A stretch of 64,000 nucleotides of DNA from Eledone cirrhosa (Eukaryota). Where the stretch lies: the NCBI GenBank assembly GCA_964016885.1, contig OZ024742.1:271684001-271748000 (forward strand). Direction: 5' to 3'. Positions within the stretch are counted from its first letter, which is position 1, and each line of letters opens with the position of its first letter. The notes under the pieces are model-generated. The model had not been told where the DNA came from. It was given only the letters and a program-made list of their open reading frames with translations, and did no database searches. Shown in pieces: positions 12,765 through 24,814 of the stretch. The translations under genes and the position numbers were made by a program.

Positions 12765-13460
12765 AAAAGGAAAAGAAGATGGTGACAAATGTTTCACAGT
12801 GAAAAATAGTTTAATTAGGAATGAGCAAAAATGAGTAATAAGTATTGGTTAGTATTCAGTTTTAGTTTTAACTTTTTACCGGTTGCGCATTTCTAATGCT
12901 TTTCAAAAGTATTTTTGAGATAGAGCGCCCGTGATATTTGCTCTAATCTGATCAGATTTGGAAATTCTACCTGTTTTATGTGAAAAGAGTGGATCCAGAG
13001 GTATTAAGATTTCGTTGGTTGTTGAATGTCACGTAAATGAGTACTACAAGTTTCGCGCCAATTCGGGTTGCAACAATTCTTTTTGTGAAAACAATTTTGA
13101 TTGGTCGGTAGAGGTCACGTGAATGTTAAAAATGAATTTGAATGTTAAACATTGAAATATAGGTTTGTCGAACCGTGTCTTTTTCGCCTGATTGAGAAGT
13201 CACTGAAAAATAAGTATTTTAAGACAAATATGTATGTGTGTAGTAAAGATGTTCATTGTTGTGATAATGGTCAGTAGGGATGTGTGTGTGAATTGCAGTT
13301 ATGTTGAAAGGTCAACAGTTCAGGTGTCTATTAAGACAAATATGTGTGTGCGTGTGTGTGTGTGTGTGTGTCTAGCAGAGTGATTCGTGGTAGAGGGATT
13401 CGGTCAGTAGGAATGTGTCTGTACGTGTGTGGGGGATATTTAAAACATGTTGAAAGATAT
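12765..13460 (-). mobile_element. ORF-less Penelope-type tail/pLTR with a variant hammerhead at 12871-12910
   Basis: Minus: ACTT-TTGAAAA-GCATT-AGA-AATGC-GCAA-CCGG-TA-AAAAGT. Abuts (TA)n. Confidence 0.45.
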
Positions 13461-13745
13461 TTTTCAGCTCTTGTCTTGTACGGAGAAGTGTGTGGGTGTG
13501 TGTGTGTGTAAATATGTCTGTTTGTATGTCAGTGTAACGCGTGTGTATGTGTGTATGTGTGTATGTGTGTATGTGTGTATGTGTGTGTGTGTATATGTGT
13601 GTGTGTGTATATGTGTGTGTTGAGGGGTGGGGCGGGCCAGTATTTTTATGATACTGGTAAAAATGATGTACATTATTCGATATATTCAGTAATTTGCAAA
13701 AACGATTCTCTCAAAAGAACATCAAAAACATTAATAATAAAAGGG

Positions 13746-13888
13746 GTATATATATATATATATATATATACATATATATGTATATACATATATATATATA
13801 TACATATATATTTATACATATATATGTATATATATATACATATATATATATTATACATATATATATACATATATATATAGATATATAG

Positions 13889-13919
<31 letters not shown>

Positions 13920-13926
13920 TATATAC

Positions 13927-13998
<72 letters not shown>

Positions 13999-14005
13999 CT
14001 ATATA

Positions 14006-14091
<86 letters not shown>

Positions 14092-14104
14092 CATGTATAT
14101 ATAT

Positions 14105-14193
<89 letters not shown>
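13746..14193. repeat. Long imperfect (TA)n microsatellite
   Basis: Direct read. Source of the YI-repeat ORFs. Confidence 0.95.
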
Positions 14194-14194
<1 letters not shown>

Positions 14195-14652
14195 CACATA
14201 AGAAACGCGGAATCAGTTTTACGACGAATAAAATGTATTAGGCATATTACAACCCTTTCTCTTGCGACCAGCTCGAGGCACGATCGATGTAATGAACGAA
14301 CCTGACTCTGAAATCGTAAGGTCCTCAGATACGTCTCGATTCTACGAAGCAGAGTTTCCAAATGTCCAATTACACCCGCGGCCCACACTCGGCAGCTTAG
14401 ATCTTGTTATATCATTCTATGAGTGGTCAATAATTGTACACGTCATCGGTATTTCTGCCACTCATTGCCGTCCTATATTTGGTTCCTTTCATTCGAAACC
14501 TGTCAATCAAAAATGTTTATGAGGATTTGCGATTTTAGTGCCAGGTTCAATCATTACATCGATTGTGCCTCGAGCTGGTCGCCAGAGAAACGTTTGTAAT
14601 ATGTCTAATAAATGATATTCGTCGCAACACTGATTCTCCATTTTCTTATGCG
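14195..14652. mobile_element. Non-autonomous fold-back element with ~130-bp inverted arms, each carrying an extended hammerhead (or most of one)
   Basis: Arm 14195-14326 is the imperfect reverse complement of 14520-14652. The left side abuts (TA)n. A related copy lies at 37270-37600. Confidence 0.75.
14240..14336 (-). ncRNA. Type I hammerhead ribozyme with a ~60-nt extended stem II
   Basis: Minus: AGACGTAT-CTGAGGA-[CCTTACGAT...GATCGTGCCTCGAGCTGGTCGCAAGA]-GAAA-GGGTTG-TA-ATATGCCT. In the inverted arm the 3' strand is ATATGTCT, fully complementary to AGACGTAT with one G-U pair. Confidence 0.65.
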
Positions 14653-14797
14653 AAATCATACTCTTCTCTGTAAGAACATCGAGTGCTCAAACGGCCTACG
14701 GCTTGCGGACGCTTTAAGCATCTCGCAGCAATAATCGACTTTCCACTCCCTCAAATTGCTGGCGTTGTGCCTATAGTAGAAACCATTATTATTATTT

Positions 14798-14980
14798 GTG
14801 AATTGACAGTATCGGTAGAGGGTCGGACGCCATGCTTTTCAGCATAGTTACGTCCCTTTAGGGCCTGAATTCAAATCCCGTCGAGGTTAACTTTGCCTTT
14901 CATCCTTACAGCGTCAACAAAATAAATTACCAGTAATGCACTGGTTTTTTGCTGGCCTTGTGCCAAAAGTAGAAACAATT
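14798..14980 (+). mobile_element. tRNA-derived SINE (dominant family)
   Basis: A-box-like TGACAGTATCGG, B-box-like AATTCAAATCCC, core AACTTTGCCTTTCATCC, tail AGAAACAATTATT. A second 3' fragment precedes it at 14730-14790. Confidence 0.85.
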
Positions 14981-15302
14981 ATTATCTGTTGTAATATTAC
15001 TACTGCAACGACTGCTATTATAAGCATCACCACTTATTTGCATCGCGAAAACACATACACACACACACGCCATTGATACATACGGCTAGCACGTTCAAAT
15101 CTCGGATGTTATTACAAATTATTGCAAATCTCTCCATTTACCACAATTCCTCCTTCCGCTGTAACTATCTTTAACGCTTTAAAGATTACCTCTATAATGT
15201 TGCTGTTTTTCCTACCGTCATCGTCCTCACTGTGGCACTTTGTTTGCGCTCACCTCTCTTATGTCTCTCACTATTGATATATATAAATATATAATGGCAT
15301 CT

Positions 15303-16099
15303 CTTCCTTGTATATATCCCATTAAAGATATATATTTCACCAACTAATCAGATGGTAAGTCACGGAAAGTGACAATCCAATAATATCCACTTTCCGTGAC
15401 TTACCATCTGATTAATTGGTGAAATATATTTCTTTAATGGGATATATATAAGGAAGGTTAATCATACTTAAAGGTATAAAGGCTACGTGTGGTTATACGC
15501 GTGTAAAAATTATCTCCTGTGATTATTCATGTATATTTATATGTTAATCAATTTCTAGTTATTATAATATGCTCGGATATATATATCTTTGAGCTTATTT
15601 CCAGGCGATATGGCGCATGCCGTTATGACATGACACCCACAATTTCGATTTAGATTAAATTCATTTAATTTATCTTAATTTGGGATATAGATATATATAT
15701 ACGGCTCCTTAATTGTAGAGCTATTTCTGTTGAAGAGAATTTGACTGCTATTTCTAGTTGTCGAATACCTATTCACGCCACTGAAACGAAACTGCTGTCA
15801 TGTGTAGACGCAACACGTGGTAGCGGCCAGATGAGGATTTGAACTTGTTGTGTGAGGATGGATAGCTGTACATTATTCTTCCTTGTTGACAATCTAATAA
15901 TATCCACTTTCCGGGACTTACCATCTGATTAATTGGTGAAATATATTTCTTTAATGGGATATATACAAGGAAGGTTAATCATACTTAAAGGTATAAATTT
16001 AATTATTATCCAAACCAGCTATCTGTGGTTACACGCGTGTAAAAATTATCTCCTGTGATTATTCATGTATATTTATATGTTAATCAATTTCTAGTTATT

Positions 16100-16100
<1 letters not shown>
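15303..16100 (+). mobile_element. ORF-less element with Penelope-type architecture (inverted partial repeat + direct terminal repeats)
   Basis: 15303-15371 is the reverse complement of 15388-15456. 15372-15565 is directly repeated at 15888-16100, which ends in (TA)n. Confidence 0.7.
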
Positions 16101-16177
<77 letters not shown>

Positions 16178-16247
16178 TTACTAATATAAAACTATATTGT
16201 TATCTTGGTACCTTTAATTTTGTAATGCATTGTGTGGCTTTTAATTT

Positions 16248-16289
<42 letters not shown>

Positions 16290-16300
16290 ATATATATATG

Positions 16301-16347
<47 letters not shown>

Positions 16348-16582
16348 ATGTGTGTGTGTGTGTATATATACATTGGAAGACACAACGCAGACTTAGTTTA
16401 CACGTGGCTAGCGAATTTGTAAATTCGGTGGTGTGTTGGTGTAATGGATACACGTTGGCCGGCAAACAAAAGATGTACGTTCGTGTCACATTTACATTAA
16501 TGCGTTATCCATTCAGAAGGGTCTTTTTAAACTCCCAACTACTTCTATGCAGTCACACACGGCGTGAGCATGTTCCTACCTA

Positions 16583-16621
<39 letters not shown>

Positions 16622-16623
<2 letters not shown>

Positions 16624-17160
16624 AGTATGTATGTATACGTACATACATATATGTATACAGACGTACAGTAGCATGCATATATATATATATATACATATAC
16701 ATACAGGTTCACATACATATATGTACGTATCAGTTTAGCGGACGTTTATTATAACGCCCGCTTTGTCCGTTTGTATACAAACTGACAGCCTGTATTTATG
16801 CCGTACGGTGTTAAGGCAACCACGTCACCTTTTTGTTCAACACTGACACAGGAACGATGTACTAGTTTCAAGCTTCTTAGCTATCATCAGCACCGTATAC
16901 CCTTCTGCCAGATGGTTGAACGTTCGAAAGTATATACTTTCCTTATGAAAATTAACGGCTGAGCGGCCTAATTTGCATATCGAGTGAGTTCAGTCGGCCA
17001 GGCGCACCGAAAACGATAAGTTGTAATAAAATGAAAACGAAATTTCATTTCTCACTCTTAGTACGGCACTTACTTAAATGTAAGTATGTATGTATACGTA
17101 CATACATATATGTATACAGACGTACAGTAGCATGCATATATATACATATATATATATATA

Positions 17161-17206
<46 letters not shown>

Positions 17207-17210
17207 CAGG
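16622..17210 (-). mobile_element. Terminally redundant ~460-bp hammerhead-containing non-coding element (retrozyme-like)
   Basis: TAAGTATGTATGTATACGTACATACATATATGTATACAGACGTACAGTAGCATGCATATATA occurs at both 16622 and 17081. Homologous copies lie at 55650-55995 and, inverted and partial, at 26479-26632. Confidence 0.7.
16854..16896 (-). ncRNA. Minimal type I hammerhead ribozyme
   Basis: Minus: ACGGTG-CTGATGA-T-AGCT-AAGA-AGCT-T-GAAA-CTAG-TA-CATCGT. Intact core, 6-bp stem I, 4-bp stem II, palindromic stem III. Confidence 0.8.
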
Positions 17211-17219
17211 TACACTGTT

Positions 17220-20070
17220 TGGGTATTCGGTTGAAGCTATAGGACTTCACATTGAAATTATATGGTCAATGGTCTCTGGTTGTTTTTCACATACACGTCA
17301 TAATGGGTTGCATCAATTTTTTATTATGTTGGGTTGGTAATTTATTGTTGCAAACCACTGATGCAAACCACTGATGGGTTAAAGTTTTGTCAACATGAGG
17401 CTTGTTAGCTCGCTCTGGGTATTTTCCATACAGAGTCTTTTCTTGCCTTTTCTTAGTCAGTTTCTGTAGCAGTTCTTTCTTTGCAGTTACTTTTACCTGC
17501 TTTGCTTTTTCTGTGTTTTCCATTTCAGCAGTAAATGGGACTTCTGAAATGTGTAGTCCATTACTGTATCTTTGTGCATCTTTTGTAATGGAGTATGATC
17601 ATTTTATGCTTTCGTGTTTCAAAACGAGTTTGAACATCCAAGAATGTGATTCCCTTAGATATGTAGATAAATCAATTGTTGCAGTTTTCAACGCAATATC
17701 TAACTGGATTAACCCACGACCTCCTCCTCCATCTTATTATTATTATTACTGGCACCTGGAATGTTGCCAGGCACTCACTGCCCTCTACCAAGCCGGCAAT
17801 GCGATCAGTGGAACTTCCACTCTCGTGTTCTATAGAGGATTAGTGGTGGGCATGTGCGATGACGCACTCGAAGAAGCTTTGGGTCTCGACAAAGACGAAC
17901 TGACCAGTCTGTACCGGGGGACTTTTGAGCCGGGGACGATGGACAATTTCCAGAAATCCCTCGCTTGGCAGTGCTACCGGGCGGTACTGCCGGTTCGGGA
18001 TAAACTCTACAGGCACGGAAGTGCTGTCAGACGGACCTGCCCAAGATGCGCACAGAACGATGAAACCGTCTGCACGCACTTGTCCAATGTCCGTGCATTA
18101 CTGACTTGTGGAGTTATGTCGAACAGCTACTGTCGCGTGTGGAACGAATCCGTTCTTAAGATTGCTCTTAATCTGCGGTAACATTCCTTCCTTATCCTTT
18201 CCCTCATTGTCTAGTGCTTGATTCCGTCTCCTTCACAAACACCTAGATATTTGTAAATGTTTTTCTTGATCAAGTTCTCTTATCACGTTGCCCCGATTAA
18301 GATTAATGTCGGAACTCTTCAGCAGCTTTCCTCTGATGAACGTTGCTTTGGCGCATTTATCTAGTCCAAACTTCATTTTAATGTCATCACTGAACTGCTC
18401 CACAGTGGATAATAGCCCTTGCAATTGTTCATCATTTTTTGCAAATAGTTTCAGGTCATCCATGTAGAACAAGTGATTAATGGTTTTGTCATAGACTCTA
18501 TATCCATGTTTTGTTTCATTGAGCATTTTACTTAATGGTATAAGTGCGATGCAGAATAAAAGCGGTGATAAAGAGTCACCCTGAAAAATTCCACAATTAA
18601 TATTAACTTCTCCAGCTTCCAGTGATTTTGTTTCACTATTCAAAAGGAGTGTCGTTTTCCATGTCTTCATACTGAATGACAAAATCCTCCTGACAACGGG
18701 GGATATTTTGAAAATCTCTCAACATTTTTCAATCCAACTGTGTGGCAAACTATCGAATGCTTTTTTATAATCTATCCAAGCAATAGATAGATGTTTGTGT
18801 CTATTATGACAATCTTCCAGTATCATTTTGTTAACCAAAAGCTGATCCTTACAGCCATATGAGCCTCGTTTACACCCTTTCTGCTCAATGGGAAATAGTT
18901 CATTTGTTATCAGGTGGTCATATGTGTATTCAGTTAGGACTGATGTTAAAATATTATACATTGTGGTCAAGCAAGTTATCGGTCTGTAATTTTTGGGATT
19001 GTTTGTCTCATCATTCTTCGAAAGCAGGAATGCAATGCCGTAACTAGCCAGGATTGTATCTTTTCGGGCTCCTTAACTATTTCATTGTAAAGTTGGGCTA
19101 ACAGCTCATGAGACTCTGTGAAGGCATTTATCCAAAAGTTTGTATTTTGTCTTTTCCTGGGGATTTCCAGTTGCTGGTTTTTCTTAGAGCCAAGCGCAAC
19201 TGTTCAACTGTTATGTTTTCCCATATTTGTTCCTCAAGGTGAGCTGTATCTTTCATTTGTCTGTCTATCCATGGGGCATGTATGTTATGAAGTTTTTCTT
19301 CGACCCAGATCTTTTCCCAGAATTCTTGCACTTCCTCCTTGGGTGGTATTGATTTAGCAGTTATTGTTGACTTACCAATTTTTCTGTAGAAGTTTCTTTG
19401 GTTGTTTTTGAACATATTATTGTCCTTATAGAATCTAGATCGTTTTTCAAAGCGCCTTATACGAGCAGCTTTGGCCGACACTTTTGGCTTGATTATTTTT
19501 ATCAGCATATCTATGTCACTTGTTGATTTTATACTGTACTTTCTTTTCCATTTTCTAAGTTTAGTTTGTTTAACATGTTCACCTACTTTATAGTTTGTTA
19601 AAATTTCTATGTCAGATCGGAGGTTTATTTGGCGATTGATGTTCTCTTGCCAAGTAGATTTCTTGTGGGAATTCCTTTGTTTTTTCATCTTCACTCCACA
19701 TAAGTGAGTGGTGACTTTAGCCGATGCATAACAGAGATGATTTAAATCAGTAATGTTTAGTTTGTTTGTGATAATAATGTTTTTGAGAATTATGTTAGTC
19801 GTGTGTATTATCTTTTGGTTCTATTTGGAGTTCTGGATCTTAGGGGGGTGTCTCGTTGCCCCATGTCAGATTCTTTCATTTTCATCCATTCGATCATAAT
19901 TTCATCCTTCTCGGTGGCAAGTTCATTCTCATTCATTTCTTTATCATTTACGATCTCATTATTTTCATTTGAAGTTTCATCTTGAGCATGCACTCCCTCC
20001 ACTTTTTCGATCCTTTCTTTAATTTGTTCTGTTGCCAGTGATTCCGCCCCAACCCTGGGATTCGATTCGA
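17220..20070 (-). mobile_element. R4/Dong-clade non-LTR retrotransposon, truncated at both ends and pseudogenised
   Basis: KVSAKAARIRRFEKR...NNMFKNNQRNFYR...PPKEEVQEFWEKIW; NWKSPGKD; EQKGCKRGSYGCKDQLL; WIDYKKAFDS; GIFQGDSLSPLLFC; HLFYMDDLKLFA; GGGGRGLIQL. The 5' flank is a (TAA)n tract, the known Dong target type. Confidence 0.88.
17750..18150 (+). mobile_element. Internal fragment of Tx1-like ORF2 embedded in the R4 element
   Basis: WHLECCQALTALYQAGNAISGTS...FEPGTMDNFQKSLAWQCYR...CPRCAQNDETV is nearly identical to the minus-strand protein at 27200-27595. Confidence 0.9.
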
Positions 20071-20231
20071 TTATTATTATTATTATTATTATTATTATCA
20101 TCATTATTATTATTACTTACATTAAACTACAATTACACTCCTTATTCCTTACATTAAATTTCAACTATGCTGACACTCTTTAAATAACATCTTCCTTGTG
20201 AAATGTGTGGTCTTGTTTTGCTTAACTAATG

Positions 20232-20294
<63 letters not shown>

Positions 20295-20389
20295 ATTTAT
20301 ATATAATATATTAATACATCTTTTTTTGTATATCTACAGTCGATCAGCTTTTCGTCAAATCGGACAGAAGAAACAATGTTTTCGTTGTT

Positions 20390-20533
20390 CTTTCCAGTTG
20401 CTAATACTCAGTCGCAACTCCAGGTAGAAGGACCAACGTGAAATAAAGTGTCTAACCCAAGGACATATCAAATCACAACCTCACAATTGCAAATCAAATT
20501 CTCCAACCAAACCACTCAATGACGCGCCTTCAC
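20390..20533 (-). mobile_element. SINE of a third family, 5' part
   Basis: GTGAAATAAAGTGTCTAACCCAAGGACA...AACCACTCAATGACGCGCCTTCAC, the reverse strand of a CORE-like tRNA-head SINE pattern recognised from memory. Confidence 0.5.
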
Positions 20534-20535
20534 TA

Positions 20536-20604
<69 letters not shown>

Positions 20605-20629
20605 ACATACGTATATATATAAATATATT

Positions 20630-20678
<49 letters not shown>

Positions 20679-20689
20679 ATATATACATA

Positions 20690-23600
20690 CATATGCAAAA
20701 GTTTTATTTAAATTGTTGGGATACAACAAGCAAATATTTTTATAACTGATACAAAGCACTCGACAAGTATTTGGAGTAAATATACGATATTAACAAATGG
20801 AAACTATATTTATAAAACCATATCAATTTTATTATACATATTTCAAGGATACCATGTTAAATTATGGTATGCTATCATCAAACAAGATACAATATATACC
20901 AGTTTTATAAATAAACATTGACGTTCCCTTTCAAAATGCAACCGTTACTTTTGGAAGACATCAAGGATAGTGTTTATTTTAGTAAGTCGTTGTGTTAAGG
21001 AGAAGGAAAAAGACGGAGAGAGAGAAAAGTGGAGAAAGAAAGAAGAAAGAAACAAGAAAAAAAGAAAACAGAGAAAAACAAGAGAGAGATATCAAACCAC
21101 CAAACAGAGAGAAAAAATCAAGAGAGAGAAATATAGAGATAGAGGGAGGGGGAGAGAACGAAAAACCTTAAGTCATGTCATATTAAATTAAGTTAACAAT
21201 TGAGATGAAATGAATAAATAAAATTAGAAATATTAATATTCATGAATAGAATATACATATATAATATGAGAAATTGATCATTGATTAACTATGATTAGAT
21301 ATTTAGTTTAAAAATTGAGATCAATATATTAAAAATTGGAATTTAAACATTACGAAATATATATATTGCTAGAGAAATTACCTATCATATAGCACGTACA
21401 TATACGCAAAAATACACATAAATATATATATATACACAGACACTCAGAAAATACATATTAAATCCACTCCCGCATACAAAGCATAAACGATTTATTTTTT
21501 TTTATTAATGTTATACATCCCTTGTGTTATTATATAAAAATATTTTTTAGTATATATATATAAATATATAGGAGTAACTTTCATGCATTTATGGCTGTTA
21601 AATTGTGCCTATCTGCAATCAAAGTGTATGGGTACACATGTACATGTACACACACAATTCTTACATATACATATATAAACATGTGTGTGCATCCTCGCCC
21701 AATTGGTAGACACGCGTCACTCATGCATATATACAGACAGACATATATTCATAAAAATGCATATAACACATGTATATGTATGTTAATACACACACATACA
21801 TAAATAGTCGTATAGATATAAGTATACATCAATATATTACATAGTATAATTGAGTACATAACATACAAAAGGATTATATTTTGGAAATATAATTATATCA
21901 ATATATCTTAAAAACAAAACAATTCTACAAATATCAAAATATTAAAATATTTGAAGTTTAAATAATACGTTTAATAGATTTAGTATATAAATTTATATTA
22001 CGTATATTTTACTCAAGATATTGAAAGGACAAACTTTTGAAAATTCTGAGAAGCTATCAGAATAAAAACAAACCTAATAAAAAATAAATAAAATATTATA
22101 TCAATATAACTTAAAAACAAAAGAATTCTACAAATATCAAAATATTAAAATATTTTAAAATATTATAGAATATTTTAAGTTAAAATAATATGTTTAATAT
22201 ATTTATTTTAGAAATTTATCTTACTGATATTTTACACAAGATATTGAAAGGATAACCTTTTATAGAATAGTTTATTATATTTATATTTATATTTAGGAAG
22301 AAAGTTTATTTATACTTGAGTACTTAACCAAAGAACATGAAAAAGGTGAAGGAATCTAATGATTTATAGACAGATTTCATATATTATCCAAATTACTTAA
22401 TTAATTATACTACATTTTAAATTTATACTTATATTTAAACGTTGAGTTCAATCAATGTCTGCAGCAACTGAATAAATTATTCCTTAAATTAAGGGAATTT
22501 TTGGTCTTTAATATAAAGAATATTTCCTCTATACAAAGATCGCAATTTTCTGAAGAGGAATTAAAAGGAGTAGCTTTTGAAATAATATTCCAAATCAGCG
22601 AATATTCAACATTATCTCGTTTTAGGTCCCATAATAGGCTAGATAGCGAAGTTGAAGATTTTTTGTTTGGATCTGTAAAAGAATTTTTATGATTATTGAA
22701 GCGGATTTAAACTGTGTGGAGGTAGAACCGACATAATTAAATGAATGTAAATTAGTTTTTACATTACAATTATAAATTACATTTTTAGCTAAGCAATTGT
22801 TATTTAACGGACAGTTGGATTTATTTCTACAGTTACAAATATTCGATTGAATATTGCTTGGGTTATTATTGGTATTTTGGTTAGGTTTTAAATTTCTATT
22901 ATTAATTCTATTAATATTTTGTGCTAAATTTTTGGTGGAAGAATAAGTTCATTTTATAGTATGTCTATTAAAAATTGAGTAATATCTATGTGTTCTAGGG
23001 AAGCGTTTGTCAAGAGCTTTAAAGAATAATTTAGCAATAGGGGTTTTAATATTTAGGGAGAAAGGAGGAGCGAAACATAGTGTATTCCTAGTTTTATTTC
23101 TTTTTCGGCTTTCGGAATTATTATAATGTGTTCTATTATAGTTGTTAAAATTGTTACCATAGTTAAATTTTTTATTATTTTGGTTACTTTTATATTATTA
23201 TTATTATTATCGATGTATTTAATTTTATTTCTATACCCAGCTCTACCTAACGCTTCGTTGTAATAATGCGCTTTTTCATCAAATATATTCTTATTAGATG
23301 AAATTCTTGAAATTCGTTCTTGTACAGAGTTCACTATAGTATTTTTAACGGATCTGGGGTATTTGGAGTTAAAATTGAAATAATTTAAGTTCTCGTTTAG
23401 TTTGTGAAATAGATAATGGAGACATATTTTATGATTTAGTGTTACATCTAGAAAATTGACTATTTTATGGTTATTCTCTATTTCTACTTTTAGATTAAGG
23501 TAATTAAATAATTGTATAATTTGTTTTCTTTTTCTATTTAGTTCACAGCTATTATTTTCTATAAGTAAAATCATGTCGTCACGATACAAACCACCGGTTA

Positions 23601-23820
23601 CACCTGGTACTTTTCTATGTAGAGAATTAATTATAAATAGGCCCTCTAGGTCCGTTACCTGAGCTGAGTCTGAAGATCCCATAGTTTTGTCGAAATTATT
23701 ATTTCAATATGCCCTGGCCCAGAGTTGGTTATTAAATTCTATTAATGTTTTCCGTGCCGATAATATAATGTGCATTTCATTGCTAGTTAGGTCTGTATTT
23801 TTAAATGCGTAAGTTAGTAT
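20690..23820 (-). mobile_element. Penelope-like element (RT C-half, GIY-YIG, long AT-rich 3'UTR, pLTR), 5'-truncated
   Basis: ORF 23053-23682 MGSSDSAQVTDL...GGLYRDDMIL...VNFLDVTL. Reverse-complement copy of 50680-53765. Both ends lie in (TA)n. Decayed hammerhead near 20827-20888. Confidence 0.9.
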
Positions 23821-23827
23821 TCAGTAG

Positions 23828-23870
<43 letters not shown>

Positions 23871-23992
23871 AATTCATATCTAGTAACATATATTCTTCGG
23901 AAAATATATTTACTCCATTCCAGAAACTAATTAGTTGGAAGTGATATTTTAGTAAGTAAGTTAATTTTATAATTTTCTTATTTTACGTCTCT

Positions 23993-24290
<298 letters not shown>

Positions 24291-24435
24291 ATAAATGTAA
24301 TCTGAGTTTTGCTAATATTAATAATAATATTCGATTCGTTTGCAATTATGCAAACAAGCCTTAATTTTAAAGTCGTGTCAGTAGAATGAACCCTTCACTC
24401 TTGTTCTTGTGTTGGTATGTAAACAGAACTGCAGA

Positions 24436-24470
<35 letters not shown>

Positions 24471-24473
24471 AAT

Positions 24474-24702
24474 AGTAATAAGCAAAAAAATACAGTAATA
24501 GATTCTGGACGGATTATTTCAGTATGATATCAACACAATAATTGATAAAGTTGGGATTTCGACGGAAGTGTAAAGTACAGTGTAAATTGCATATGTATGC
24601 GAATAATTCAAAAATAGAGAAATCCCCGCTTCATAAATAAATGTTTTGATATACTGAAAAAATCACTCCAGCATTTTCTACTGTATTTATTTCCTTTTTA
24701 CT
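24474..24702. repeat. Old fold-back element with ~85-bp imperfect inverted arms, between (TA)n and (CT)n
   Basis: AGTAATAAGCAAAAAAATACAGTAATAGATTCTGGA...TTTCAGTAT...GGGATTTC pairs with GAAATCCC...ATACTGAAA...TCCAGCATTTTCTACTGTATTTATTTCCTTTTTACT. Confidence 0.6.
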
Positions 24703-24758
24703 CTCTCTCTCTCTCTCTCTCTCTCCCTCTCTCTCTCTCCCTCTCTCTCTCTCTCTTC

Positions 24759-24809
<51 letters not shown>

Positions 24810-24814
<5 letters not shown>

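Noticed and set aside
13673-14305. Long YI/CV/TH/RE-repeat ORFs here and at 12.4, 16.2, 20.5, 24.0, 54.4 and 61.6-62.3 kb
   Set aside because: Stop-free translations of dinucleotide microsatellites.
17402-18181. 259-aa ORF with a hydrophobic N-terminus resembling a membrane protein
   Set aside because: Chimera of the R4 antisense strand, a (TTA)n run and a Tx1 ORF2 fragment.
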